DNA of 64,000 nucleotides from assembly GCA_951406725.2 (NCBI GenBank), contig OX597815.1, positions 24,428,001 through 24,492,000 of the forward strand, given 5' to 3'. This stretch comes from Octopus vulgaris. Taxonomy: Eukaryota. Shown here one piece after another: positions 22,294 to 36,700 of the stretch. Below the pieces are notes generated by a model that was given only the letters and a program-made list of their open reading frames with translations, made no database searches and was not told the DNA's origin. Every line of letters starts with the position of its first letter. Positions within the stretch are counted from its first letter, which is position 1. Both the position numbers and the translations under genes were made by a program.

Positions 22294-23575
22294 GTATGTG
22301 GCAGATGCTCAGGAACAATAAACACTGAAAATGCTCTGAGACCAACTTCTGTCACTTTCCAGGGAGAAAAACTAGAAATAGTTGATAGTTTCCGTTACCT
22401 AGGTGACCAAGTCAGCAGCGGGGGCGGGTGTGCTGAAAGTGTAACTGCTAGAGTAAGAATAGCTTGGGCAAAGTTCAGAGAGCTCTTACCTCTGCTGGTG
22501 ACAAAAGGCCTCTCGCACAGAGTGAAAGGCAGACTGTATGATGCGTGTGTACGAACAGCCATGCTACATGGCAGTGAAACATGGGCCGTGACTGCTGAGG
22601 ATATGCGTAAGCTCGCTAGAAATGAAGCCAGTATGCTCCGATGGATGTGTAATGCCAGTACTCACACTCGGCAGAGTGTAAGTACCTTGAGAGAAAAGCT
22701 GGACCTAAGAAGCATCAGTTGTGGTGTGCAAGAGAGACGTTTGCGCTGGTATGGTCATGTGGCGAGAATGGATGAAGATAGTTGTGTGAAAAAGTGCCAC
22801 GCCCTAGCGGTTGAGGGAACCTGTGGAAGAGGCAGACCCAGGAAAACCTGGGACGAGGTGGTGAAGCACGACCTTCGAACTTTAGGTCTCACTGAGGAAA
22901 TGACTAGAGACCGAGACCTCTGGAAGTGTGCTGTGCGCGAGAAGACCCGGCAGGACAAGTGAGTCCACAACCCGTGGCCTTCTACATGGGATGGAGCCAG
23001 CCTACGTATGCATACCTTCCCTTCTTGGGACACAAAACTCTACTTGTGAAGACGTGTTGAGGCAAGTGAGGATCAGAATCGAAATCGATCAATGGAAATT
23101 GCGGATGTGCTACCAGTGCCGGTGGCATGTCGAAACTCTGCTTGTGAAGACCCATTGAGGCAAGTGAGGATCAGAATCGAAATCGATCAATGGAAATCGA
23201 TCAATGGAAATTGCAGATGTGTTACCAGTGCCGGTGGCATGTAAGAGAACTTTCCGTTTCGCGACCGTTGCCAGCACCGCCCCGTTTCGTGTCCGTTGCC
23301 AGCCTCGCCTGGCCCTCGTGCCGGTGGCACATAAAAAGCACCATCCGTTCGTGGCCGTTTGCCAGCTCTGTCTGGCACCAGTGCGGGTGGCACGTAAAAA
23401 GCACCCACTACACTCACGGAGTGGTTGGCGTTAGGAAGGGCATCCAGCCGTAGAAACACTGCCAGATTTGACTGGGCCTGATGAAGCCTTCTGGCTTCAC
23501 AGACCCCAGCAGAACCGTCCAACCCATGCTAGCATGGAAAACGGACGCTAAATGATGATGATGATGATGATGATG
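22294..23575 (+). mobile_element. RTE-clade (RTE-X-like) LINE, 5'-truncated, with intact C-terminal ORF and 3' UTR
   Basis: Open frame [47 protein letters not shown] to the stop at 22962; (TGA)n tail; flanked by (TA)-rich microsatellites. Confidence 0.93.
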
Positions 23576-23710
23576 ATATATATGTATATATATATGTATA
23601 TATATGTATATATATATGTATATATATGTATATATGTATATATATGTATATATATGTATATATATATGTATATGTATATATATATGTGTATATATATGTA
23701 TATATATATG

Positions 23711-23745
<35 letters not shown>

Positions 23746-24755
23746 ATATATATATGTATGTATATATATATATGTATATATGTATGCATATATATGTGTG
23801 TATAGATATATATATATATCCTCCTCATCATAACCGTCGTTTAATGTCCATTTTCCATGCTAGCAACATGGATGCCAGTCAGGCAGTGCTGGTATCTGCC
23901 ACACTTGGACGGTGCTTTTTACATGTCACCAGCACAGGTACCATAACTACAATTTCCATTTGATTTGTATTTTGATGTTGGTGTTAACGTACTTGACTCA
24001 ATAGGTCTCCTCAAGAACAGCGGGTCACTCTACAATCCAAGGTTAGCACAGCAGGCCATCCTGCGAGACATGAACTCACTTCATTTGTCTTCACAGTCAC
24101 AGCATATCTCGGTCTTCATCATTTCCTCTGTGAGACCCCAACGGCATGGGTATCACAACTACAATATCCATTCGATTTTTATTTTGATGTTGATATACTT
24201 GACACAATGTGTGTATGTGTATGTATATATATATATGTGTGTGTGTATATATATGTGTATATATATATATATGTATGTATATAAATTAAATTAGAGATAA
24301 AACCACTATTAGGCAACTCTAACAGTGACAGACATAAGCCAAAACATAAAAAACAGTGGTTTTATCTCTAATTTAATTTATATTTATACTGTGATTTTGA
24401 TTTAATCCTAAATCTAATTTTTCCCTGTAAGTTTGGATATACTCCCTAATATTATTATTATATGTATATATATATTTATATATAGGTCAGAAAGTTGGTA
24501 TGCATATAATATGTATGTTGTGTGGATGCCCCCAGGCGATAAGTAGGCTAATCTAATACGTGTAAATAGTGGACGTGATAGGTTGGCGTACAGCGAGCTG
24601 GAGCCGTCGACTTATTCCGCATGAAACAGAGTCCGAAAATATTTAAAGCAACAAGAATTCTAAAGGTGGGTTTTTAGGGATACGGCTAGAAATGACAATT
24701 CAAGCCACCCAGGAAGACCTGAATTCCATAACCGAAGAAATAGTATTGCCCAAAG

Positions 24756-27700
24756 GAAAATTTTCGGGGAATATTTTCGGGAAATTTTGGGGGAAAATTT
24801 TCAGTGAAAATTTTCAGAGAATTTTTGGGGAAAATCTTCGGTGAAAAGTTTCAAAAATTTTTGGAGAAAATTTTCTGAAAATTTTTGGATAAAATATTCG
24901 GTGAAAATTTTCGGGAAATTTTCGGGTAAAATTTTCGGTGAAAATTTTCAGAAATATTTGGGGAAAATTTTCGATGAAAATTTTCGAAAAAGTTTTGGTC
25001 AAAATTTTGGAAAAGGTTTTGGGGAAAATTTTTGAAAGATTTTCAATAAAAATTTTTGGGTAAAATTTTCGGTGAAAATTTTGGAAAAAGTATGGAAGGC
25101 CAGCGGTGCAAAAATCACAAAGTATGGAAGGCCAGCGGTGCCAAAATCACAAAGTATGGAAGGCCAGCGGTGCCAAAATCACAAAGTATGGAAGGCCAGC
25201 GGTGCCAAAATCACAAAGTATGGAAGGCCAGCGGTGCCAAAATCACAAAGTATGGAAGGCCAGCGGTGCCAAAATCACAAAGTATGGAAGGCCAGCGGTG
25301 CCAAAATCACAAAGTATGGAAGGCCAGTGGTGCCAAAATTTTTGGTAAAAATTGCGAAAAATATTTGGAGAAAATTTTCGAAAAATATTTGGGGAAAATT
25401 TTCGAAAAATTTTTATGGAAAATTTTCGGTGAAAATTTTCGAAAATTTTTGGGTAAAATTTTCAGTGAAAATTTTCGGGAAATTTTCGGTGAAAATTTTG
25501 AAAAAGATTTTTGGGAAAATTTTTAGAAAATTTTCTCCAAAAATTTTTCGACAATTTTCACCGAAAATTTTCCCCACAAATTTTCTGAAAATTTTCACCG
25601 AAAACTTTTCGAAAATTTTCAGAGAAAATTTACCCCGAAAATTTTCTGAAAATTTTCATCAAAAATTTTACCCAAAAACTTTTGGAAAATTTTCACTGAA
25701 GTTTTTGGGTAAAATTTTCGGTGAAAATTTCGAAGAATATTTGGGGAAAATTTTTGAAAGATTTTCAATAAAAATTCTTGGGTAAAATTTTCGGTGAAAA
25801 TTTTGGAAAAAGTATGGAAGGCCAGCGGTGCAAAAATCACAAAGTATGGAAGGCCAGCGGTGCCAAAATCACAAAGTATGGAAGGCCAGCGGTGCCAAAA
25901 TCACAAAGTATGGAAGGCCAGCGGTGCCAAAATCACAAAGTATGGAAGGCCAGCGGTGCCAAAATCACAAAGTATGGAAGGCCAGCGGTGCCAAAATCAC
26001 AAAGTATGGAAGGCCAGTGGTGCCAAAATTTTTGGTAAAAATTGCGAAAAATATTTGGAGAAAATTTTCGAAAAATATTTGGGGAAAATTTTCGAAAAAT
26101 TTTTATGGAAAATTTTCGGTGAAAATTTTCGAAAATTTTTGGGTAAAATTTTCAGTGAAAATTTTCGGGAAATTTTCGGTGAAAATTTTGAAAAAGATTT
26201 TTGGGAAAATTTTTAGAAAATTTTCTCCAAAAATTTTTCGACAATTTTCACCGAAAATTTTCCCCACAAATTTTCTGAAAATTTTCACCGAAAACTTTTC
26301 GAAAATTTTCAGAGAAAATTTACCCCGAAAATTTTCTGAAAATTTTCATCAAAAATTTTACCCAAAAACTTTTGGAAAATTTTCACTGAAGTTTTTGGGT
26401 AAAATTTTCAGAAAATTTTTGTATAAAATTTTCGAAAAATTTTTGGAGAAAATTTTCGAAAGATATTTGGGGAAAATTTTGGAAAATTTTTATGGGAAAT
26501 TTTCGGTGAAAATTTTTGGGTAAAATTTTCGGTGAAAATTTCGAAGAATATTTGGGGAAAATTTTTGAAAGATTTTCAATAAAAATTCTTGGGTAAAATT
26601 TTCGGTGAAAATTTTGGAAAAAGTATGGAAGGCCAGCGGTGCAAAAATCACAAAGTATGGAAGGCCAGCGGTGCCAAAATCACAAAGTATGGAAGGTCAG
26701 CGGTGCCAAAATCACAAAGTATGGAAGGCCAGCGGTGCCAAAATCACAAAGTATGGAAGGTCAGCGGTGCCAAAATCACAAAGTATGGAAGGCCAGCGGT
26801 GCCAAAATCACAAAGTATGGAAGGCCAGCGGTGCCAAAATCACAAAGTATGGAAGGCCAGTGGTGCCAAAATTTTTGGTAAAAATTGCGAAAAATATTTG
26901 GAGAAAATTTTCGAAAAATATTTGGGGAAAATTTTCGAAAAATTTTTATGGAAAATTTTCGGTGAAAATTTTCGAAAATTTTTGGGTAAAATTTTCAGTG
27001 AAAATTTTCGGGAAATTTTCGGTGAAAATTTTGAAAAAGATTTTTGGGAAAATTTTTAGAAAATTTTCTCCAAAAATTTTTCGACAATTTTCACCGAAAA
27101 TTTTCCCCACAAATTTTCTGAAAATTTTCACCGAAAACTTTTCGAAAATTTTCAGAGAAAATTTACCCCGAAAATTTTCTGAAAATTTTCATCAAAAATT
27201 TTACCCAAAAACTTTTGGAAAATTTTCACTGAAGTTTTTGGGTAAAATTTTCAGAAAATTTTTGTATAAAATTTTCGAAAAATTTTTGGAGAAAATTTTC
27301 GAAAGATATTTGGGGAAAATTTTGGAAAATTTTTATGGGAAATTTTCGGTGAAAATTTTTGGGTAAAATTTTCGGTGAAAATTTCGAAGGGAAAAGTTTT
27401 GAAAGATTTTCAATAAAAATTCTTGGGTAAAATTTTCGGTGAAAATTTTGGAAAAAGTATGGAAGGCCAGCGGTGCAAAAATCACAAAGTATGGAAGGCC
27501 AGCGGTGCCAAAATCACAAAGTATGGAAGGCCAGCGGTGCCAAAATCACAAAGTATGGAAGGCCAGCGGTGCAAAAATCACAAAGTATGGAAGGCCAGCG
27601 GTGCCAAAATCACAAAGTATGGCAGGGTGCAAAATCACAAAGTATGGAAGGTCAGCGGTGCCAAAATCACAAAGTATGGAAGGCAGCGGTGCCAAAATCA

Positions 27701-30390
27701 CAAAGTATGGAAGGCCAGCGGTGCCAAAATCACAAAGTATGGAAGGCCAGTGGTGCCAAAATTTTTGGTAAAAATTGTGAAAAATATTTGGAGAAAATTT
27801 TCGAAAAATATTTGGGGAAAATTTTCGAAAAATTTTTATGGAAAATTTTCGGTGAAAATTTTCGAAAATTTTTGGGTAAAATTTTCAGTGAAAATTTTCG
27901 GGAAATTTTCGGTGAAAATTTTGAAAAAGATTTTTGGGAAAATTTTTAGAAAATTTTCTCCAAAAATTTTTCGACAATTTTCACCGAAAATTTTCCCCAC
28001 AAATTTTCTGAAAATTTTCACCGAAAACTTTTCGAAAATTTTCAGAGAAAATTTACCCCGAAAATTTTCTGAAAATTTTCATCAAAAATTTTACCCAAAA
28101 ACTTTTGGAATGGGTAAAATTTTCGGTGAAAATTTTGAAGAATATTTGGGGAAAATTTTTGAAAGATTTTCAATAAAAATTTTGGGTAAAATTTTCGGTG
28201 AAAATTTTGGAAAAAGTATGGAAGGCCAGCGGTGCAAAAATCACAAAGTATGGAAGGCCAGCGGTGCCAAAATCACAAAGTATGGAAGGCCAGCGGTGCC
28301 AAAATCACAAAGTATGGAAGGTCAGCGGTGCCAAAATCACAAAGTATGGAAGGCCAGCGGTGCCAAAATCACAAAGTATGGAAGGCCAGTGGTGCCAAAA
28401 TTTTTGGTAAAAATTGCGAAAAATATTTGGAGAAAATTTTCGAAAAATATTTGGGGAAAATTTTCGAAAAATTTTTATGGAAAATTTTCGGTGAAAATTT
28501 TCGAAAATTTTTGGGTAAAATTTTCAGTGAAAATTTTCGGGAAATTTTCGGTGAAAATTTTGAAAAAGATTTTTGGGAAAATTTTTAGAAAATTTTCTCC
28601 AAAAATTTTTCGACAATTTTCACCGAAAATTTTCCCCACAAATTTTCTGAAAATTTTCACCGAAAACTTTTCGAAAATTTTCAGAGAAAATTTACCCCGA
28701 AAATTTTCTGAAAATTTTCATCAAAAATTTTACCCAAAAACTTTTGGAAAATTTTCACTGAAGTTTTTGGGTAAAATTTTCAGAAAATTTTTGTATAAAA
28801 TTTTCGAAAAATTTTTGGAGAAAATTTTCGAAAGATATTTGGGGAAAATTTTGGAAAATTTTTATGGGAAATTTTCGGTGAAAATTTTTGGGTAAAATTT
28901 TCGGTGAAAATTTCGAAGAATATTTGGGGAAAATTTTCTCTGAAAATTTTCGAAAAGTTTTTGGGTAAAATTTTCGGTGAAAATTTTTAGAAAATTTTTG
29001 GGTAAAATTTTCGAAAATTTTCAGAAAATTTTTAGGGAAAATTTTCGGTGAAAAGTTTCGAAAAATTTTTGGTGAAAATTTTCGAAATATTTCTGGGTGA
29101 AATTTTCGAAAAACTTTTCGGTAAAATTTTCGGAAAATTTTTGGATAAAAAGTTTTCGAAACTTTTGACCAAAAATTTTTCGAAAATTTACACGGAAAGT
29201 TTTCCCAAAAATTTTTCGAAAATTTTCACTGAAAATTTTACCAAAAACTTTTCGAAAATTTTACTCAAAAAGTTTTCGAAAATTTTCCCAAAAATTTTTC
29301 AGAAATTTTCACCGAAAATTTTACCCAAAAATTTTTGGAAAATTTTCTAGAAATATTTTTCGAAAATTTTCCCCAAAAATTTTCCGAAAATTTTCTCCAA
29401 AAAATACTTCGATTTTTCGAAAATTTTTGCCATACCTTGTGATTTTGGCAACGCTGGCTATCCATACTTTGTGATTTTGGCTCTGCTGGCCTTCCATACT
29501 TTGAGATTTTGGCACCGCTGGCCTTCCATACTTTGTGATTTTGGCACCGCTGGCCTTCCATACTTTTTCCAAAATTTTCACCGAAAATTTTCCATGAAAA
29601 TCTTTGGAAAATTTTCCCCAAAAACTTTTCCAAAATTTTCACAGAAAATTTTCCATAAAAATTTTTCGAAAATTTTAAACAAAAATTTTTCGAGAATTTT
29701 CTCTGAAAATTTTCCCCAAAAATTTTTCAAAAATTTCCACCGAAAATTTTGCACAAAAATTTTCACCGAAAATTTTCCTCAAAAATCTTTCGAAAATTTT
29801 CCCCAAAAATTTTTTGAAAATTTTCCCCAAAAAATTTTCCAAAATTTTGACCGAAAATTTTGCATAAAAATTTTTCGAAAATTTTACACAAATTTTTTTG
29901 GAAAATTTTCAATGAAAATTTTCACCGAAAATTTTCTGCAAAAATTTTTCGAAAATTTTAGCCGAAAATTTTTGCCGAAAATTTTCCCCAAAAATTTTTT
30001 TAAAATTTTCACTGAAAATTTTACCAAAAACTTTTCGAAAATTTTCACCGAAAATTTCACCCAAAAATTTTTCATAAATTTTTCACCGAAAATTTTCCCC
30101 AAATATTTTTCGAAAATTTTCCCTGAAAATTTTACCAAAAAATTTTTCGAAAATTTTCCCCGAAAATTATCTCCAAAAAGTACTTTGTGATTTTGGCAAC
30201 GCTGGCTATCCATACTTTGTGATTTTGGCACCACTGGCCTCCCATACTTGAGATTTTGGCACCGCTGGCCTTCCATACTTTGTGATTTTGGCACCGCTGG
30301 CCTTCCATACTTTGTGATTTTGAAACCGCTGGCCTTCCATACTTTTTCCAAAATTTTCACCGAAAATTTTCCACAAAATTTTTGGAAAAT
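24756..30390. repeat. Modular higher-order satellite: GAAAATTTTC-rich matrix with blocks of a 32-bp repeat, distal part inverted
   Basis: 32-mer AAAGTATGGAAGGCCAGCGGTGCCAAAATCAC in + blocks near 25091 (x8), 25813 (x7), 26624 (x8), 27458 (x10) and 28217 (x6), and in - blocks at about 29430-29565 and 30180-30345. Confidence 0.96.
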
Positions 30391-30497
30391 GAAACTGCGA
30401 GTTTTGGGAGGCTCGTAAGCTATTCCATTCTATTTTTGTCTGTCCTTGTTTGTCCCCTTCTATGTTGGACCCTCGTGGCTAATAAAGAAAAAGTTAT

Positions 30498-30990
30498 TGG
30501 CGAAGGCATGCCATCCGAACGTGCAATATAACAGTGACGACGAGGTTTCGAATAGTACCGAAATGGAAGAGTTCCCGAAAGCAGTTGTCAAACAAGAGCA
30601 GCAGCTACAGAAGTTAACAGAATTGTTACTGCAGTCAAGAAATACGACAGAATTATTTTCAGTGGACGGTGTTGCAAATTCCATCGAAGAATTTCACTAC
30701 AAACCGGATGAAGGAACTACTTTTACTGCATATTACAGACGATACGAAGACATATTCCGAGAGGAATGCAAGGGATGGTCTAGTGAAAGGAAGGTAAGAC
30801 TTCTTTTGCAAAAGCTTGCCCCTATGGAACTTGAAAGTTTTTGTAACTTTATTTTGCCGCGGAATTGTGTTTTGATGAAATGATAAATATTTTGACTAAT
30901 ATTTTTAGCAAGAAAAGTTTGCTGTTTAACATTCGATGGGAATGTTTAAATTTAAAGAAAAATGAGTCTGACGATTTTGTAACATATGAT
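30498..30990 (+). mobile_element. Ty3/Gypsy gag fragment (K02A2.6/Mag-like), frameshifted
   Basis: FHYKPDEGTTFTAYYRRYEDIF..KVRLLLQKL..NFILP, then FDEMINILTNIF..LFNIRWECLNL..DDFVTY in another frame; no LTR pair seen. Confidence 0.78.
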
Positions 30991-31284
30991 TTACTTAATT
31001 TTCCTTCTCCCTCCTTTTCTTTGAGTGTGTATGTATATATGTATGAATATATGTGAATGAATACATGTATATGTGTATTTGTGTTTCTCAGCATGTATGA
31101 ATGTGTAAGGTCCTATGTTTTTTTTTGCGTGTGTATGTGTTTATATGTGTATATGTATGTGTGTACACCTCTATATATGTGTTTATGTATGGGTATATGT
31201 ATATGTGTGTGCATGTGGTGGAATAATCATCTGAATAATTGACTGGAGTTGTTAGGAAAGAAAAAGGGGTGAGGAAGAAATATA

Positions 31285-31728
31285 ACCTATTAATAAAGGA
31301 CGAAGCAGAGCAGATGCTAAAAACTATGGGCCTATGTCTCTGACCTCACACATCAGCAAAGTCATGGATGACTTTGACTTGTCTCTTCTCCGACAATTTT
31401 TTGTCTCTTCTCCAACAATTTGTGGTTTCATATTTTGGCACAAGGCCTGAAATTGTTAGAGAAGAGACAAGACAAGTCTGAGGGAAACTAATTACATTCT
31501 TTGAAGAAAATGACTTGCTGACTGACACCTAGCATGGTTTTTGACCAGATAGAAGCTGCCTGATACAGCTCTTGCAGCACTATGACTGGGTGTTAGAGCA
31601 GCTGCTCAACAACTCAAAGGAGATCATGATATATCTCCACTTTGCAAAAGCCTTTAATAAAGTCAACCATGGTATGGTATATGTCACAAGTTGCATAATC
31701 TTGTCATTGACAAAAAACTTGGAGAGTG
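31285..31728 (+). mobile_element. CR1-type LINE reverse-transcriptase fragment, decayed
   Basis: PINKGRSRADAKNYGPMSLTSHISKVM ... HGF*PDRSCLIQL ... IYLHFAKAFNKVNH ... KLGE, with stops. Confidence 0.85.
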
Positions 31729-33406
31729 TGTGTGTTTTTATTGGCTAAACTGGCAAAATGACCATTCCTAAATGCAACAACAACATATATATATATATGG
31801 AGCTCTAAAATGTGCGAGTTAATATATATATACATACACACACACATATATATATATATTCGATGATAATGATGATAATGATATCATCATCATCATCAGC
31901 ATCATCGTTTAACATCCACTGTCCATGCTAGCATGGGTTGGACGATTAACTCGCACATTTTAGAGCTTCATTATTCAGGAGCAAAATCCTTTGAACAGGT
32001 TCCATTAGATTTTAATTTTGGAATCTGGGCATTAAGATGAATAGTATGAGATAAATATGTCATACAATTGAGTGGGCAAACAAAAATCTGAGACACTGCC
32101 TTGAAGAATTTTTTTATTTAGATAAGCTTGGTACTATCAGTCGCTTTTTGTCAAACCAGTAAGTTATGGGGATGTAAATAAACCAACAGCAGTTGTCAAG
32201 CAATGATGAGGGAGAAACCCAGAGACAAAGACACATAATACACTTACATATATACATATACTCTTTTACTTGTTTCAGTCATTTGACTGCGGCCATACTG
32301 GAGCACCGCCTTTAGTCGAGCAACTCGACCCCAGGACTTATTCTTTTCGTAAGCCCAGTACTTATTCTATCAGTCTCTTTTTGCCGAACCGCTAAGTGAC
32401 GGAGGACATAAACACACCAGCATTGGTTGTCAAGCAATGCTAGGGGAACAAACACAGACACACAAACACACACACATACATATATATATACATATATACG
32501 ACAGGCTTCTTTCAGTTTCCGTCTACCAAATCCACTCACAAGGCATTGGTCGGCCCGGGGCTATGGCAGAAGACACTTGCCCAAGATGCCACGCAGTGGG
32601 ACTGAACTCGGAACCATGTGGTTGGTTAGCAAGCTACTTACATATACAATTGATTTCTTTCAGTTTCTGTCTATGAAATCCACTGACAAAGCTTTGGTTG
32701 GTCTGAGGCATATATAGCAGAAGACACATGCCAAGTTACCACACTGTGGGACTGAACCCAGGACCATGTGTTTTGGAACCAAGTTTCTTACCACACAGCC
32801 ACACCTGCACCCTTATATATGTGTGTGTGTGTGTGTGTGTATGTATGTGTGTATATATATGTATGTATATGTGCATGTATATATATATATCTATCTCTTA
32901 TGTATAAATGTATGTGCGCATATATATATATATATAGGTATATGCGCACATATATATATATAAACATATATATATAGTAAGCACATATACATATATAAAA
33001 ACACACATAAATACGCACACATAAACAAACACACACACACATATATATATATATATACATACACACACACAAGCACATATATACATACACTCACTTACTC
33101 ACGCACGCACACACACACACGCGCGCATACACACACATACACATATTGACTCCTGCTAGAAGTCAATTTGTGTATATATATATATATGTACATATTACAT
33201 ATACGTATATATATATATATATATATATACATACGTGTGTGTGTTTCTTCAATGCAAGGCCTAAGCACAGACAAATTTGGCATGAAAGCTTTTCATTGCT
33301 CGAGGAATTTTCTAGCAGGATTCAATATGTGTTTGTGTGTGTATGTGCGCGCGAGCGTGTGTGTGCGTGCGTGAGTAAGTGAGTGTATGTATATATGTTT
33401 GTGTGC

Positions 33407-33464
<58 letters not shown>

Positions 33465-33711
33465 TTGTTTATGTGTGTGTTTATATATGTATATATACTT
33501 ACTTATGTCTGTATATACATGCAACTTTTCTTAGAAATTTGAATTCCAAGAAAAAATTATTTACTAAAGATTTACGTAAACCACGCCTCACGCCTTTGTA
33601 TGCTGTTCGTAGAATATGCCTGTGTGTGTTTGTGTGTGTGTGTGTGTCAAATATATATATATATAGCATCTCGTAAGATCTACGCACGCAGACACACAAA
33701 GCTCCGTAACA
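31725..33711 (+). repeat. Exon-less third copy of the MMACHC upstream region
   Basis: Matches 48795-50793 (and 366-2931); stops about 75 bp before the ATG-equivalent position. Confidence 0.93.
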
Positions 33712-36700
33712 AAGCACCATCCGTTTCGTGGCCGTTTTCCAGCTCTGTCTGGCCCCCGTGTTGGTGGCACGTAAAAGCACCATCCGTTTGTGTCCGTTGC
33801 CAGCCTCGCCTGGCCCCCGTGCCGGTGACACGTAAAAGCACCATCCGTTTCGTGGCCGTTTTCCAGCTCTGTCTGGCACCTGTGCAGGTGGCACGTAAAA
33901 AGCACCCACTACACTCACGGAGTGGTTGGCGTTAGGGAGGGCATCCAGCCGTAGAAACACTGCCAGATCTGACTGGGCCTGATGAAGCCTTCCAGCTTCA
34001 CAGACCCCAGTTGAACCGTCCAACCCATGCTAGCATGGAGAGCGGACGCTAAATGATGATGATGATGATGATGATACATGCATAAAGATACACACACATA
34101 CACATACCTGCTGCAACAAGATCTTGAACAGACAAATGTGACTTGTGTAACAGACTAAAAGAAAAGTCGCTGAGAAGGTTGCAAATAGCGACAAAAAAGC
34201 TTTGACAAACAAAACAAATGACTCAATGAGTGGCTGTGTGGTAAGTAGCTTGCTAACCAACCACATGGTTCCGGGTTCAGTCCCACTGCGTGGCATCTTG
34301 GGCAAGTGTCTTCTGCTATAGCCCTGGGCCGACCAATGCCTTGTGAGTGGATTTGGTAGACGGAAACTGAAAGAAGCCTGTCGTATATATGTATCTATAT
34401 ATATATGTGTATGTGTGTGTGTTTGTCCCCTAGCATTGCTTGACAACCGATGCTGGTGTGGTTACATCCCCGTCACTTAGCGGTTCGGCAAAAGAGACCG
34501 ATAGAATAAGTACTGGGCTTACAAAGAATAAGTCCCGGGGTCGATTTGCTCGACTAAAGGCGGTGCTCCAGCATGGCCGCAGTCAAATGACTGAAACAAG
34601 TAAAAGAGTAAATTGACTCGTTAGTTGGATATTTGACCAATTAACTAATGATAAAGGAGTGGAATTGAACCAGGGCATGTTATTAGTATTGGTACAATGA
34701 CACTCCCTCGACAACAAAATTTGTTTCAATACACAAACTCACATAAAGAATCTTGCAAACCAGATACAAAAATGAAGAAGAAAATATATTTATATGGGAG
34801 GATATTATACTCTTTACTCTTTTACTTGTTTATCATATTACTGTGGCCATGCTGGAGCACCACCTTCAGTCGAGTAAATCGACCCCAGGACATATTCTTT
34901 GTAAGCCTAGTACTTCTTATTCTATCGGTCTCTCTTGCCGAACTGCTAAGTGACAGGGGCGTAAACACACCAACATCGGTTGTCAAGCGATGTTGTGGGG
35001 ATAAGCACAGACACACAAACATATATAAACACACATACATATACATATATACGACGGGCTTTTTTTAGTTTCCGTCTACCAAATCCACTCACAAGGCTTT
35101 GGTCAGCCCGAGGCTGTAGAAGAAGACACTTGCCCAAGGTGCCACGCAGTGGGACTGAACCCGGAACCATGTGGTTGGTTAGCAAGCTACTTACCGCACA
35201 GCCACTCCTGCACCTATCTGTGACAGAAATATTTAAAGGTAATAGAAAATGTGTGTTTTTATTTTCTTTCTTTCTTTTAAAATATGTCATTTTGACATTC
35301 AAAATGCTGAAATAGTAATGTCATGACTAAAGAGCCAAGTCAGTTATTGTTTGTCATACCAGAGCCAAGTAAGTTATTGTTTGTTGTAAAGCTTTGTGCT
35401 TAGATTTGGAAAATGGAAACTAAAAGAAGCAGGTCACATGTGTGTAGTGTCTGTGTTTGTCCACCTTAACCCCACCACCACCACCACCATCACCACATGA
35501 CAACGGGCGTCGGTGTGTTTACGTCACACTTGTTTACAACCATCAAATACAGTCAAGGCAAGGACACAATAACACATGCATATATGGGCATATAAACACA
35601 CGCCCACACACACACAATTTCTTTCTCACAAATCCACTCACAAGGCTTTGGCTGACTTGAGTCCATAGTTGAAGACACTTGACACAAAGACACAAAGGTG
35701 CCAGTGGGACTGAACCCCAAACCATGTGGTTGGGAAGCAAACCCCTTACCACACAGCTGATAATTAAAAAAGTATAAGAGCAGCTGAAGTAGGGTATTTA
35801 TTCATTTTAGAAACTTTAAGATTAGGTAAAAATTAAAAGAATAGAATATATTCATATAATTAAGGCCGATGCCAGCGCCGCCTTGACTGGTTTCCATGTC
35901 GGGGGCACGTAAAAACCACCAACAGATCGTGGCCATTGCCAGCCTCCCCTGGCACTTGTGCTGATGGCACATAAAAAGCACCAACCGATCGGGGCTGTTG
36001 TCAGCCTACCCTGGCACCTGTGCCAGTGGCACCTAAAAAGCACCATCCGTATGTGGCTGATGCCAGCGCCGCCTTGACTGGTTTCCGTGTCGGTGGCACG
36101 TAAAAACCACCAACCGATCGTGGCTGTTGCCAGCCTCCCCTGGCACGTAAAAAGCACCGTCCGAACGTGGTCAATGCCAGCACCACCTCAACTGGCTTCC
36201 ATGCCAGTGGGATGAAAAAAGCAACGTGGCCGCTTCCAGCCGCCCCTGGCACCTGTACCAGTGGCACGTAAAAAGCACCCACTACACTCACGGAGTGGTT
36301 GGCGTTAGGAAGGGCATCCAGCTGTAGAAACACAGCCAGATCAGACTGAAGCCTGGTGCAGCCTCCTGGCTTCCCAGACCCCGGACGAACCATCCAACCC
36401 ATGCTAGAATGGAAAGCGGACGTTAAACGATGATGATGATGAATTAATATTAGAGGTCAATTTAGTATTCATTGGAGCTTTTGAGATCAATATAATGTTA
36501 TACCAGTCAAATATTGGGCTTTTTTTTGTAATTGGTTTTATCCTCTCCCAAACTTTGTAACCATATGTCAGTGCTAGAAATCAATATCAGAGGTGAATGA
36601 ATGTACAGAAATTATACAGTGTGAAGTTTATAGAATTTAGGTTTTAAAGGCACAGATGTGGCTATGTGGTAAGAAGCTTGCTTCCCAACCACATGGTTCC

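Noticed and set aside
23474-23505. CTGATGAAGCC-TTCT-GGCTTC in the RTE tail
   Set aside because: No GAAA after the hairpin, so it is not a hammerhead.
24520-24755. Complex sequence before the satellite, possibly a LINE ORF1 relic or an element terminus
   Set aside because: Stops in all three + frames and no motif I can name with confidence.
25087-28400. 32-bp repeats resembling a CRISPR array
   Set aside because: The repeats are directly adjacent with no unique spacers, there are no cas genes, and the context is eukaryotic.
27423-28895. 490-aa ORF and other K/F/I-rich ORFs in the satellite
   Set aside because: Open in several frames because the repeat lacks stops; non-ATG start; frame switches between units.
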